Assembly (NCBI GenBank): GCA_013265495.1
Contig: MU058781.1
Span: forward strand, 4,403,050 to 4,467,049
DNA length: 64,000 nt
DNA from: Vicugna vicugna
Taxonomy: Eukaryota
Direction: 5' to 3'
Positions 14,195 through 27,597 of this stretch are shown here, piece by piece (within the stretch, counting starts at the first letter, position 1; each line of letters starts with the position of its first letter). The translations under genes were made by a program, and so were the position numbers. Under the pieces are notes generated by a model. The model saw only the letters and a list, made by a program, of their open reading frames with translations, was not told the origin of the DNA and searched no databases.

Positions 14195-14560
14195 CCGCCT
14201 TAGGTCATTTGGGCCGCTATAATAAAATACCATACAGGTAGCTTACAAACAACAGAAATGCATTTCTCATGCTTCTGGAGGCCAAGAAGTCCAAGGTCAA
14301 GGGGCCAGCAGACTAGGTGTCTGGTAAGAAGCTGCTTCCTAGTTCACAGATGTCCATCTTCTCACTATAACCTCACACGGCAGAAAGGGAGAGGACGCTC
14401 TTGGGGTCTCTTCTATCAGGGCACGAATCTCATTCATGAGGGCTCCACCCTCGTGACCTAATGACCCCAAATGCCCTACCTCCACGTACCATCACCAAAC
14501 CATTGGGATTAGGTTTCAACATATAAATTTTGGTGTGGGGGTGCAGACAAACATTCAGAG
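14195..14560 (-). mobile_element. MaLR solo LTR (MLT1A0/MST-like)
   Basis: gggccgctataataaaataccata ... aacaacagaaatgcatttctcatgcttctggaggccaagaagtccaaggtcaagg ... attcatgagggctccaccctcgtgacctaat ... acaaacattcaga. Confidence 0.85.
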
Positions 14561-15439
14561 TAAAGAATAAAGGAGAGGGATGAAGAGCTTTCTAGGATTT
14601 GGAGAGTAAGAGTCTGAAACATTTGGGAGGAGGCTGGGATAGAGAATCAAAGAGGAGAAGAACCAACTGCTTGCTGTTTACTCTGTCGTTGGATTCCTTT
14701 GTTGATGTCTTTGAAAATGTGAATATAGGCTTTGCATTGTTTTTATGCTCCTTTGGAGGCCAGGCAGTTTCCGGGAATTTAGTTTTCCCTGCTAGATGGA
14801 CCACGTGAGTCACTGATTTCTCTGGACCACGCTGGGGCAGAGTCACTTTCAGGAGAAGGAGGACAAGTCCCTCAGTTGCTGGAAGGGTGTGGAGCTCTTG
14901 ACAGTCACCTGCGTACAGAAGACTGTGGATGCTTTAGGAGGAAAAAGGTAAAAAAGTAGGAGGGTTCAGGGAAGAACGCTGGGTTGTGCCAGCTTAAAGA
15001 GAACAGAGAACACGAGGAAAGAGAAACAAACACGGTGGGCATCCAATGAGGACATGAAGTGTAAGGGAAATGGAGTGGGCGCAGGGTCACTGAGGTCAAG
15101 CGAGAAAGCATTTGGGGAAGGAATCCTAGAACCCCTGGTTGGGAACCACAGAGACCCAAATCATCACTCTCTATGGAGCCCCAAAATGAGGGGTAGGTGT
15201 CGGCAGCTTTGGCCAGCCGGCACCATCCTCTCTCCCTGGAGAGCTCTCCTGCTTCTGGGATCCCTTCTCACATCACCCATGTGCTTTCAGAGGAGAGGTC
15301 GTGTTGTAACCTGATCTCACCCCGTAATCCAGTGGACAGGTCCAGGCACGAGGGCACCTGTTCCAAGCTAGACCTACAAGGTCCTTTCCCTAGGATTTTT
15401 CTTCAAAGACACCATCATTTCGGTCTCTTTCCAATGGCT

Positions 15440-15580
15440 AAAGCTGTCATTCAGGGGGCCTCAAGCTTTAGAGTGGGTAAGAATGAACTACACAAGGAGC
15501 CTTGAAATTCAGATTCCCAGGTCGCTTCTCCAGAGACCCTGACTCAGTGGGTGTAGGGTGGGTCACAGGCCTGGTCTTGA
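15440..15580. mobile_element. MER5-like hAT fragment
   Basis: aaattcagattcccaggtcgcttctccagagaccctgactcagtgggtgtagggtggg resembles the MER5A core. Confidence 0.5.
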
Positions 15581-17257
15581 CCCTGCAGTTCTGGATCAAA
15601 CTCGGACACTGCCAGGGGCCGGGGAGAAAGGAGACTGCAGCGAGAGAGGAGACGGGGAGGGAAGAAGAGATGAGAGCCGGTGCCAGCTGCCCTCCAGGCC
15701 TGCCTGCAGCTCCTTACTATTGCCGGTCTGCATCCCAGACTTCATAATGGAGGCCCTCTCTGTGGCAACCATTTCAAACTGTGGTCTAATCACCTGCAAC
15801 CACAGAGTTCTAACAAGCTCAGAATTTGTAAGCAATTTTTTGCATGAGTGCCTAAGAGACAGGGGGCTTGTGGACAATCGACCCTTCTGTGTGCACCCAG
15901 AAACAATGTGCACCACAAGAAAAGACTGTGTGTGTGTGTGATGCTGATGAGAAAAAGTAGGGGCAAAAAAGAAAGATGATCATGTTCAACTCGCTATTGT
16001 TGCTACCTTCGTCTGGGGTGTGTTTGCTGTGCTGCACACGAATCTCCACCCCAGAGGGCCTACTGGAGCCCCCCTCCTGCCTGAGGGGCAGAAACCTGGT
16101 CTCGGTCAACTCTGGAGCTCCCTTTCCCCTGGGTGAAGCAGTTACATGGAGCAAGATCTTGTAAAGGGGGTCGACACCAGTCCCGGATGCAGGTGCACTA
16201 AGGCAGCCATCGGCCCAGAGGTCCACTGAGACCACCTTCACTACTGTCCACCAGGTGCTTCCCAGGAAAGGGCAGGGGGATCATCCTGGTCCGCCCCTTG
16301 TCACACAGGGTCATGGAAGTCTCCGCAAGGTCTGCTGAGGCCACCAGCCTGGCCTTGCTCTGCAGCCAACCCCCAGAAGTAGGATGCAGGGCGCCCCTCT
16401 CCATATGATCAACACTTACCCACTGTCTTTACTGCTTTCTTAACCCCAGGGAAAACCTTCCCTAGATTTGGGGGGAATGAGGGGTGTAGGGAGCCAGCCT
16501 CCTCTCCTGACATTTCTCCCTAAGGGCATGGTTCCTTGATACAGTGTAAGACGGCAAAAAGCAGGTAGGCCTTTTGCTCTCCATTCTGCCACAGCCTCCC
16601 CCCGAGGCAAGGAGCATTAGATGGCCTGGCGGCTTTGGAGGAGGGACGGGCTGGCAGAGGGAGAATGACGGGCTGGAGGAGGGAGGGGACAGGACAGAGG
16701 TTAACTTTTCAACACCATTATCTGGGCAGCAGATGTGCACGCTGACTGTGCATATATGCATTATTAATTCACCTGGACGTTTTTATCCTTTCCAGCCTGT
16801 ATTCCTGCATTTTTCCTCTCTGCCTTCTGTACAGGACGCACCAGTCTCCTCGAACCCAAAATTTGAGCAGCTGTCATTCCCTCGACAGCCCAGCTCAGTA
16901 GTTTGGCGAAAAGGACATGACATTCAAGCAAAGGAATGATATATGCCAAAAGGTACTGCATTAGGCTCTTCATTAACTGGAGGGCCAATAAATTTATGAA
17001 AATCGTGAATCAGTTCATCCACTACTTGGAACAATTAAGAGCTAATTAACATGAGGACAGGGCTGACCCTTCTATTCATCTCAGGACACTCAGCCCTGAG
17101 CACCCACGTGCACACACAGGCTCCAAGGCAGAGAATGGAACTCACATTGCCTGCCTGCCTGCTGTGTGTTCCCGTCAGATCCCGGAGGCACCCCGACATG
17201 GGACAGACTAAACGCAACCTTCTCTTAATGCTGGAACTTCCCCTGAGGGCTCATGCA

Positions 17258-18780
17258 TTTTTTTTTAACTTAAAAAAAAAACTTTTTATTATGAAGATAG
17301 TCAAACATGAAAAGCACAACGAACCTGAGGTACCTCCCCATCAACCACCTTCAACAATGATCAATACAGGGCCAGTTTTATTTCATCTATGCGCCCCTCT
17401 CTGGATTATTTTAAAGTAAATCCCAGGCTTCCTATTATTTCATCTATAAGATGACTTATGAGAAGGACTTTTAAAAACATATCCATAATACCATTATCAC
17501 ACCCCCCTCCAAAAAAAAGAATGATAATTCCTCAATGTCATTAAACTTTCTCATTGAATCTTATAATTTTTAAGTTTGTTTAAATTGTGATACAAATAAG
17601 AGCTTGACAGTGTAACTGGCTGATACAACCCTAAGTTATAATACTCTTTTCTTATTTAAAAAAAAATTTTAATTAATTTTTTTATTGACAACTCAGAGAC
17701 AGAATACTCTTTTAATCTATAGGTTCCTCCTCTATCTCTGCTTATTCCTTATGATCTTTTGCTGAATGAACCTTGTTATGTGTCCTTAGCATTTGACACA
17801 GCCAGGATTTTGCTGATTGCATCATTGTGATGCTAGTTTGTGTGTGTGTGTGTCTCGTATCTCTGTGGAAGTTAGATACAGAGACTAAGTTCAGATCAGT
17901 TTGTTTCTGTTCCGGTTTGGCAAGAATTTCAAAAGCAGTAGTGTACATCCACCAGGAGACACATAAAATCTAGCTGTGGCTCCTTTAGTGATGTCATCAC
18001 AGCCATTGGTGATTATTGCCTAGAGCAGGGATTCTTGACCAGGGTGATTTTGTCCTCCCAGGGAACTGGGGGCATGTCTCAAGACATCTCTGGTCATCAC
18101 AGCTGGGGGAAGGGATGCTCCTGGAATCTAGGGGGTGCATGCCAGGGAGGCTGCTACCAAGCACAGGATGGTCGCCCACCGCAAAGAATTATCTGTCCCA
18201 AAATGTCAAGAGTCCAAAGTTGAGAAACCCTGGCCTGAATTCATTTATTCACTTGGGATCGCAAAATGTTATACTTCTAATTTCGTCGTTCGGTTTGTTT
18301 TTTTTAATTCTGCTATAAAGGCAAACTTCCTAATCAACTATTTGGTTTTCCTGATACAGAATTCGTATAGTAAATGCAAGTAAACGTTTGATTCTTTCAT
18401 TTACCAGTTTTCAAAATAATAAGGTAGTTTCCTAGACTCCTCCAAAGGTGACCTATAAGATTTTCCTTCTTACAAGAATCATTTATAAACATGAGAGTAT
18501 AAAGGCATTGGATGTGTTCCAACCACTGCAGTGATTACTAATGCCTAAAGAGTCTGCCTTTGGACATCTGGAGCTTATTCAGGTGTGTTCCTGAGTCTTT
18601 ACAACACACCCTTGTCATCTTTAAAAGTTTGCTTGCACTTCAGGATAACAAGATCCTCCAGGGTCATCTTGTGTATTTACTCTCCTGGACTGGAGTCTGC
18701 CACTGCCCCGAGGAGCCTGGTCCCTTTCTTTCAGTGGCATTTAGCAATCACCATCTGGGTCCTAGGGGGACTCATGCATG
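17258..18780 (-). mobile_element. L1MC-type LINE 3' region, interrupted by MER20
   Basis: Poly-T then ttttattatgaagatagtcaaacat ... ggattattttaaagtaaatcccagg ... cttattcaggtgtgttcctgagtcttt ... tggagtctgccactgccccgaggagcctggtcc; typical of L1MC4/5 antisense. Confidence 0.75.
18026..18232 (+). mobile_element. MER20 (hAT-Charlie) nested in L1
   Basis: cagggattcttgaccagggtgattttgtcctcccaggg ... aaagaattatctgtcccaaaatgtcaagagtccaaagttgagaaaccctg; flanks gcctagag / gcctgaat resemble a decayed 8-bp TSD. Confidence 0.85.
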
Positions 18781-18868
18781 TTAAGACATAAATAAGCCCT
18801 CATAATATTTTACTTCTCTCGAAGGATGAACTTTTCTGAGCTATATTTTACACATAGGAAAACTCACA

Positions 18869-19088
18869 CAGTTGACCCCTGAACGACGTGAGGGTTAGGG
18901 GCGCCAACCTCTGTGTAATCGAAAATCCGCATATAACTTGACAGTCGGCCCTCCGTATGCATGGTCTCACATCTGTGGACCCAACCACCCCCGATCCTGC
19001 AGTACTTACTGTAATAGGTGTTTACGGAAAGAAATCCGCGTATCAGTGGATCTGCGCAGTTCAAACTCGTGTTGTCCAGGGTCAAATG
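18869..19088 (+). mobile_element. Tigger2-derived MITE (MER8/Tigger2a-like)
   Basis: Terminal inverted repeats cagttgacccctgaacgac ... gttgtccagggtcaaatg|ta; internal gaaaatccgcatataact and aaatccgcgtatcagtgga. Confidence 0.9.
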
Positions 19089-20869
19089 TACTCAAGAGAG
19101 TGGTTTTCCCCCAACTCAAAGTTAAAGCAAATGAAAATGCTGGAAAGCTGGCAGTGCACCCACCCCCATGTCCAGATCCTCTCTTTTAATCAGCAGGCCT
19201 GGGAATGGAGCATACTGCCCCGAAGGCCTGATAATGAGGATAAAGCCATAAAATAGGCTGGATCTTGGGGCCAAGAAGGCCTGGAAATGCCAGAGCTGGT
19301 CTGAACTCCGGCCCCCGGGTTTTCCAAGGCGAGGGCTTCTCCTCTCGGCTGCACAAACAAGTACAGGCAGAGGCCGCGGGCGGGCAGGGGAGACCCCACG
19401 GAGCGTCAGTCTCACTGAAAGTCTAGGCAAATGAGAGGAACTTCTCTAACATCACAGAGCAGGTACAGTACATTTCATATTAAAAAACAGACTGTGAACT
19501 AGCATGCCAGAGAACCACTCACATTTAGAAAATGTGACTTTGAAGAGGTTTCTACTTGCTGCGGGTCCCTCTGAACTACCTTTAGACCCCAGGGCGCAGA
19601 GACCCCCCTGTCCTCTGGCATCGGGGCATTTTAGGAGAAAGAGTGAGAAGCATTGGGAGACAATTCTGAACATACTCTGCTACAATAAAGGGCCTCTCAC
19701 TTTATTATAAATTTAGGTAGCTTAAATTATATTGAAAAGTCAGAAGGTAGGTCATTTGTTTCGTCAAAAATTCTTTTATGAAGGGAATTACTATCTCCTA
19801 ATGTCTCTTTTCTTAAAAAGTTTAATATCTCAGCACTACCTATCTCAGGTTTAAGCGGAAACATACCAGGTTGAGCCTTAAATCCTTTCCAGAACAAGGT
19901 AGGAAATGGCAGAGATAAAGATACAGGTATGGATATAGGTAGATATCTTGTGGACATATGTTAAGATTGTGGAAACACACCTGCTGTCTACAAAAAAAAA
20001 AAAAGTGCCGGAATTTTTTTTTTAAGCCCTGCAGCCACCTCTGAGTGAGCCCAATAAAAAACTCCACTGCCCAAGTGCTGAAATCAGATTAGCATGCCCC
20101 AGCTCTGATGTCCTGTGCTGAGGGAATTGGAAGCCAATGGCGCTGGAGTTGGACTATTTTGCATTTCTCGGTGACATCCTCTAATGAGCTGACAACGCAG
20201 AACACCAGGCTGCTGTCTTGGAGAAATGAAAACAATCCAGTGGTCATTTCACATCCCATCATCCTAATGACAACCCATGAGCTGCCTGCTCCTTGCCTTT
20301 GATTAAAATACACGGAACCTGCCCAAGGAATGGAGAGCAAGAGCCCCCAGAGGGAAAGAGACCAAAGAGGACTGCATGGAGGGCAGGAGGAGGCCTCCAA
20401 GGAAAAACGCGTTTGGGAAAGTCAGAGCGGTGTTGCTTGAAACTGGCTCTCTTGGAAACGGTCAGCTACAATGCCTGATTAACTTTCTCCAACAGAGCCA
20501 ACGACGGATTCCATCAAAGAGATCCAGTGCTATGCGGTGGCTCAAACGTAGCTCAATCCCACAGCAGTGCAATCATGGGCGTGACGCTCCAAGGCAGGAG
20601 TTCAGCTGGAGCGCACCAGGTCAGCTGGGCTCGTCGCTAGGAGGCTGAAATACTGCATCCTGGTTGACCCGTCTCCCACCCTGTCTCAGCAGGCCCCACC
20701 CCTCTCCTAAAACCCCTGGTCCACCCGAACAATGCAGCAACTTTACTAAACGGGCAAGGCTTGGCACAGGGGGAGCCTGCCCACACCCTGATTCAGCGCG
20801 GTAGGTGACTTCCAGTCTGCTGGTCAATGTCCAGGCCAGACCACGTTCAAACAGCCTCCACACTCGATG

Positions 20870-21035
20870 AGACGTGCCCACGGGACCGCCCAGCACTACT
20901 GAGCCTCCCCAGACCCTGCCAGCAGCCCACAGGGCTGGGCCCCTGCTGCAGGCCCGCCCGCCCGCCGCTGTCCGCTTCCCGGGGCCTGCTGGCGGCACAA
21001 GCACCCCCGGGTCCCGGTGCGGAGAACAAAGGAAG
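20870..21035. promoter_or_regulatory. Small CpG/GC-rich patch, possible regulatory element
   Basis: Local CpG cluster (ggcccgcccgcccgccgctgtccgcttcccggggcctgctggcggcac ... cccgggtcccggtgcgg) in otherwise CpG-depleted DNA. Confidence 0.35.
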
Positions 21036-22146
21036 TGACAGGCCTGCGCTCACCCTGGCTCTTGGAGGGCTGGACAACCTTCGTGTGCTTGGCAGGCTTA
21101 TCACTGGGATTTTTTTCACTGCCCTTTTCTTGTCGCCAACCCTCTTTAAGCTTCCTAAATTAATAATGATGAAGCTCTTTAAGCCGTCTCTCCAGTCTTT
21201 GTTTTTGATGATTTCTGTTCTCTGGGGCCTTTTTCTGCCCCACCGGTAGCCCTTTACCCCTCTCTCCTTCATTTGTCTCCATTCTCAGATACCCACCATG
21301 ATATCAGTGATTAGATCACTAGGAAAAGAAAAAGGAGACACAAGAAAAAGAAAGAAGTAGCCATTTAGATGTTGCTGAGTTGAGGGTTTGGGTCGGGAAC
21401 AACATGAAATCCCAGTGGAAGGACCCAGGAGGAGGAAGAGGGTGGAATGTCCCTGAAGGACCATTCATCACGTTCAGCAGGTGGCAAAGGAAAGAGAGGG
21501 CGAGGGTGACGCCCTCCAGGACCAGCACTTGAACCTGGGCTGGGGCTTGCCCAGCATGAGGGGGGATCATCTCCCTCTAGAACAAGTCGTTCATCAGAAA
21601 TCAATAATCCTCTGCTTTTGCATAACCACCGATTCCTCCTCCTTAAGGAGAAGGATAGAAATACCAGGTTCAACAGAGTCATCCCTCCTTCTCTTCCATC
21701 CGACTTCCCTTGTATTTCTGCATCATTAGATTTGTCTTATCCCATTGATGAAATCCAAAAAGGAAGCATTCCAAAGGACCCTGGGCTGCCCACATGGCAA
21801 GGAAGAATCTCACTGGGCAACAACAGCCTTGGGTGGGAGCCAGGATTCCACTGTCACCCTTCCAATAGAGGGGAAGGGCTGGCGGAGAAAGTAGAAAGCC
21901 AGAACGTCGCATAGAAGTGAGGATGTATTTAGGAATCACTCATCACTGAGCTCCAAACTTTAGCTTCTCCAATTTCATCCAGCACAAGAGAGATGTGCTG
22001 AGTACTCCGTGTCAGACGCTGTGCAAGGCATGGGGGATTTCAGAACAGCAGAGACAAGCTTTCTCTTAGGGAAAAGCTCACTGTTTGGCTATGAGATGGA
22101 TAAAATTAGCTAATCAGTAAAATAGTGGCAATAATAACCATCTCTA

Positions 22147-22588
22147 TGTGACAGGTACAATGCTGTCCTCACGAAATCTAGCTCATTGCCTCTCTGGGCA
22201 CACAACTAGACATCTCCCAGCATCCTCTGCAGTGCCCAGACGAGTGAGCTCTGGCTAACGGAAGGTGGGTAGGAGGATTGAATGTCACTTCCAGGACTGG
22301 CCTCTGAAACCTGTCTCACAGTCTTTCCTGTATTGTCTCTCCCTCGTTAGCCAGTTGGATGCAAAAACCCAGCAAAGGACTCAGAGGCCCTACAGGAATT
22401 GAAGCCACTAGATGAAGGGTCCTGGGTCCCTCAGAGACTACAAAGAGCAGAGCTCCCCAGCCCAACACACACACACACACACACCACACTGACTGTAATA
22501 TGAACAAAAAATAACCGTCTGTGTTAACTCACTGAGATTTGAGGGTAGTTTGTCACAGAAGTTAATGCTACTGACCCTATCTAACACA
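22147..22588 (+). mobile_element. Old MaLR LTR (MLT1I/J-like) with an internal (CA)n
   Basis: gggcacacaactagacatctcccagcatcctctgcagt ... tgtcacttccagg ... cctgggtccctcagagact ... tgtgttaactcactgagatttgagggtagtttgtcac. Confidence 0.75.
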
Positions 22589-22901
22589 TACACGGATTTC
22601 ATTAACAGATGGAATGAGGAAGTATATTTACGGAGCCTGGTTCTGTGCCTGACATACAGCAGGTACTAGAGACACAGAAGGCACTCAGTAACAGCACTCC
22701 ATTTTGCAGGGCCAGAGCAAGAACGCCACCAGACAAGGAAGAGGGACGAACGAGCGCCACCACCCCGGGGCGCAACGCCACACAGCACCGCAGGCAGGTA
22801 CAACAGTTCCCGCGGTGGGAGGTAAGGATGCTCTGGGGCAAGCAGATCAATTCCAGAAGGGCCTGCATCCTGTCGGCAAGGAGGAACCAACAAAGCACTA
22901 C

Positions 22902-23085
22902 TTTTTTTTTTTAACACTTTATTGAGTTAAGATTCAAATACCACACAACTCATCCATTTAAACTGTATCATTCAATGTCTTCTTGTATACTCACGGAGTT
23001 TTGTATCCGTCACCACGTTCAGTTTGGGAGCCTTCTCGCTACCACAAAAAGAACCCCAGCCTCCCTAGCTGCCCTCCTCCTGGGT
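22902..23085 (-). mobile_element. L1MB-like 3' end fragment
   Basis: Poly-T followed by ctttattgagttaagattcaaataccacacaactcatccatttaaactgta ... accacaaaaagaacccc. Confidence 0.8.
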
Positions 23086-24974
23086 ACGTGCCTAGAAGCA
23101 GTGAAGGGTTTTTAAAACAGGGGAGTGAAAAATTCGATTTCCATTTTTAAAAGATCACTCCCTGACCTACCACAGCCCAAAGTCAAGCTCATGACGGAAG
23201 TATGAGGACCCACCTGCATCCCAGGGCCCCTCTTCCCCAAGCCGCAGCCCCATGCGCGCACCCCGCCCACCCCCATGCAGGCTCCTGCCAAGGCAGGAAA
23301 CCCCTGAGGAAGCTCAATGGAGCCGGCCTTGCTTCCGGCAAATTCACACCTTTTGGTTCTGCCTTCTGGTGGTTGGGCTCGGTTGAATTGTCCTCCAAGA
23401 CTGTCCACCTCTTGGTCGGTTCCTTCCCTCTGAGAGTCAACTCCCTCCCCCTCCAAACGCTCCTTCCTTCCTCCCCTGCCCTGTCAAACGTCCAGCTCCC
23501 CCATCCCCAAAAGGGGCAGGGCAGTGTCACGCTTACAGAAGTCCCCGGAATTGTCGCAAACCCCATGGGCAGGGAAGATACACTGTCCTCGTCTTAGCAA
23601 TGGGGAGACTGAGGCTCAAAGAGTTCATGCACTGTCCCTAAGGCTATACAGCAGGTGAGTATCAGAGCCAAGCTGCCACCTGAAGCTCAGAGACGCAGGC
23701 AGCCGCTGGGACTACTCTCAGTGGCATGAACCAAACTGCCAAATATCATCCATCACAGTCAGAAGAGGATGGGTTTTCTCTCCTAACAAGAGGGCCAAGA
23801 GAGGAACTGGTACCGCACACCCTCAGCGACAGCCGAGTCCCAAGCTCCTTGTGTCTCCCAGTTTGCCATCCTTAGTCGGGGAATTTCAGTTTTGTGATCA
23901 AAATTCCTACTCCAGACCCTGTGCTTTTTCTTTTTTTTCATCAGAAAAGCAACAGCTCTCCCAGAAGCCCCATTCAGTAGGCTTCTTCTCCATTTCATTG
24001 GTTCATTAGGAATTTGTAACTTTCCTACTGCAAACAAAATTGGCATCTGTAACCAATGGAGAGGGGAGAATGGATGCCGGGCAGGGAAGCTGCAGTGCAG
24101 GCTCTGAGCAGATCCAGCCCCACCGGCCTCGTGCTCCATCTGGACAGCCTGAGGCACCTGCTTCCTGCACCTCCAACCCCGAAGAGGTGCAGGGCTGAAC
24201 CACAAGGCGGAGCTTAGAGCTTCTGGAGGGAGGAAGCCTCTCTTGATCATCAGCATGATCTGCCGAGTGCATGCTCCCTTGGGCCAAGGGAGAGGCTGGT
24301 TGTTTCCTATGGTTCAGTCCCCACTTTGGGAAGAGGCAGAAAGCCCTGGGAATACACCGGCCCTCAACCTCCCAGCACTCACAGCTGCTGCGGGCCTTAA
24401 TGGAAGAGGAGCTGACGTGCTCATTTCCAGGCCTGCCACAAAGCCCTTCTGCAGAAACTTCAGGCCCTCAGGAATAAATTATGCATTAATCACCATCTCA
24501 AGATGAATGGAAAAGATCAGACACATGCAATTTCTGAGCAGCATTAACCTGGAAGTTGGAGGATGGAGGGCAAGAGGAGACGCAGTGAGACAGGAAGAAA
24601 AGGAAACTCTCAGGGGCACTGACTCTTCCAGATACATCTGTCTTGCCCTCTGGTCCCTCTGGCTGAACAGGCCCATGTGGCCGAGGAAGCTGGATCATGA
24701 GATCTTTTTGCAAAAGAAGAGAGCCTTCCCTGCAGGGCTGGATGCTGAGGCCTGGTTCCCTGGAGGTTATAACGAGCTGAATCACTCCTCCCACATCTCA
24801 CACTTCTCAACGAGGCGTGATGTGACCCTCACCCCTCACCCCCATGCCTTCTCCCGGGGCCTCCCTGCTTTCTGAAGGTTAAACCTCTAAGAAGCCTTGC
24901 TAAACATTAAGTCATCTTGGGTTTTTAGCAAACACCCTTTAAAACTGAGACCCTGTGGGGGAAAATGTTCCATG

Positions 24975-25385
24975 GGAAGTACTATGTAATGGAAGGATCT
25001 TGGGGTGTAGGGGCCGCGGCCCTGGATTCCAGGCTCGCAACGAGCCTGCCTGGTCCCTGGGCAACCATCAGTCTTCTCATCCGTAAGATGAGGGCTGGAA
25101 TCAGTGGGTACTAAAGAGCACTTCTGGCCCTCATTCTATGACTCTAGGGATGGATAATATTGCATTCAAGTATGTGGTATTTCCTTTTTGTATGAATTTT
25201 CTCTGCAAATGTAAACTGATCACAGACATTCATGACAATAACATTTGATGGTTACCACGAGCTCTGGCAAAGCACTTTCACCTGGTAAGCCAACCCTCAC
25301 AGCGGTCCTCTCGTGGCATAGGCAGATATTACTAACAGCTCCAATGTACTGATGAAGGAACCAGGCACAGGGAGATAAGTAATCA
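24975..25385. mobile_element. Two MIR fragments (plus ~24975-25150; minus ~25215-25385)
   Basis: cctggattccaggctc ... tcttctcatccgtaagatgagg; and tactgatgaaggaaccaggcacagggagataagtaa. Confidence 0.6.
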
Positions 25386-26285
25386 GCCTCTACATTTCCA
25401 CTGGGATGCCTGAGACACATGTCCAATTAAATGCGCTGGAAGATGAGCTTCTGACTCCCCCACTCCACCTCACCCAAACCTGCTTCTCTCAATCTTCCCC
25501 TGCTCAGCAGATGGCAACTCCTTCCTTTTTAATATCCAAGGCCAAAAGGTTTCAAGTTTCTCCCACCTCCAATTCATCACAAATCATGTCAGCTTTGCCA
25601 GCAAAATGTATCTGGAATCCACTGTTTCTTACCACTCCCAGTGCGACTACCTAAGTCTAAGCCTTCACCGTGCGTTGTCTGGACCACTGCAGGAGGCTTC
25701 TTACTGGTTTCTACCCTTCTGTTCCCCATCACGTGCGCACACGCGCACACACACACACACACAGTATTTTTTCCACACTGTAGCCAGAATGATCCTTTGC
25801 AAATGTAAGTGATATTTATTCCTCTGTTCAAAACTTTCAGGGGTTTCCCATCTCACTGAGCGTAAAATCCAAAGTCCTTACCCTGACCTCCAAGGCCCTC
25901 CAAGATCTCCCCCACCCCCAATCCCTCTCCTCTCTGGTCCCCCGCCCTTCCCCCAGCACACCAGGCATCCCCCTGGCGCCACCCTGGCCCGGCCGCCCTT
26001 CCCCCAGATATCTGAATGGCTTGCTTCAACACCTCACTTCAGTCTCTCCACTGAACCGTTTCTCTGAGAAATAAAATAGCACCTCTCTCATCTGTCTGTG
26101 TCCCCCTAGCCTGGGTTATTTGTCTCTTTAACCCGCATCTCCGCCTGATGTGGTTTACATTGTTTGTTTATTTTTTGTGTCCTTCTCCCCCTACCAAAGG
26201 TAAGGTCTGTAAGGACAAAGACTGTGTGTTCACTCACTGCTGAGCCCCCAGGGCTAAAAGAGTGCCTGGCATTTTAAACAGTCAC
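25385..26285 (+). mobile_element. L2 LINE 3' region
   Basis: ttccacactgtagccagaatgatcctttgcaaatgtaagtgat ... ctgttcaaaactttcaggg ... aaaatccaaagtccttacc ... tgttcactcactgctgagcccccagggctaaaagagtgcctggca. Confidence 0.85.
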
Positions 26286-26287
26286 TC

Positions 26288-26422
26288 GGTGTGATGGAGG
26301 TGTTAGCTAGCACAATGGTGGCAACCATTTTGCAATGTATAAGGGTAGCAAATCAACATGTTATACACCTTAAGCTTATATAGGGTTATATGTCAGTCAT
26401 ATCTCAATAAAGCTGGAAAAAA
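26288..26422 (+). mobile_element. Short L1 3' end with poly(A) signal
   Basis: catgttatacaccttaagcttatatagggttatatgtcagtcatatctcaataaagctggaaaaa; flanked by gtcactc / gtcattc (TSD-like). Confidence 0.85.
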
Positions 26423-27228
26423 TAATGTCATTCAAAATATACAGGTGGCCCTTGTTATCTGAATCTAATCTTTATCTGAAACTCCACTGGGTGGGGGATG
26501 TGCGGACAGCAGAAGCCCATATTCTACGACATTAAAGGGAAAAATAATAAGGTGTTCCCTCCATCACATGTATTCCTTCATCGCCTATAAAACGACACAC
26601 TGTGGATTTCTTCAGGATATAAGGCATTTAAAACACTAATTACCTAATTATTTGACTCTTAATAAACTCGTTAGTGAATACGCTTGTGTGCAGTATGCTA
26701 CAATACTGGAAAAGAATTATATTTTCCTTCTACTTGGAAAGGAACTATACACTGTAATGTAAATAAACAATAAAACGATTTGTTAAAGATACATAATGAG
26801 GGCAAATATAACTACCAAAGTAAAATAAACAATTTTTAAATGCTTACTTACTCAATGCAGAGCTCCCCGGGTAAGAGGGGGAAGTCACTGTGTCGGCTGT
26901 GCTGTGGGGAAAGAGAAGTCAGCGTGAGCCGGGGAAGAAGTGAGTGCAATCACCAAAAACCCAACGTGCATCTATTTCCTAGTCAAGGAATTAGGGGGCA
27001 CTCTTCTCTTGCTGGCCTCCAGGAAGCTGGAAATGAATGGAAGACTGGATCATTGTCCAAAGTCTTAAATGAGGCAGTAAGATTTGAAAAAAAAAAAAAA
27101 CACTCAAATAGGCATCTGCTTTAACTATATAACTATATAATTCATAGTTATCTATACTGGAGACAATTTTGAAAATGAAAGACAGAAAAATACTTTTTAA
27201 GTACGCACTCATGGATTGACAGGTTGGT

Positions 27229-27234
27229 TTTATT
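27229..27234 (-). terminator. Candidate polyadenylation signal AATAAA
   Basis: tttatt on plus; downstream on minus lies a U/GU-rich tract (GTATTTTTCTGTCTTTCATTTTC). Confidence 0.45.
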
Positions 27235-27597
27235 ATGATAGAAGACCTATAAAACAGTTCCAGTCAAAAATTGTTTTCAAAAATAAAATCGTATCTAAAA
27301 ACAAAAAACAATTAGTATCCATGAAAGCTAAACATTTAAAGTTAGATTGAGCAGTCTAAACAGCTAAAAATAACATAAGCAGAATGGTATTCTTATTTCA
27401 TAGACATTTACTGTAACCAGTCTGGAGTTATATCTTTACCTAATGCCAAGTAACAGGTATTTTTCTAAAGAATGTATTTTTAATATATATATCTCTATTT
27501 TTCATAAAATTGCCTGCAATCTTTTTCAAAATTGCATTTCATAGTTTATAGACTTAAAATTGTTGATACCATCAATTGATTCTTAATTGACCAAAAA

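Noticed and set aside
21365..21641. Minus-strand acceptor TTTCTATCCTTCTCCTTAAG|GAG with open frames (EEESVVMQKQRIIDF* or a ~90-aa Pro/Ser-rich frame) as a distal alternative last exon
   Set aside because: Supported only by an acceptor-like motif; peptide unrecognised and no clear UTR or poly(A) evidence
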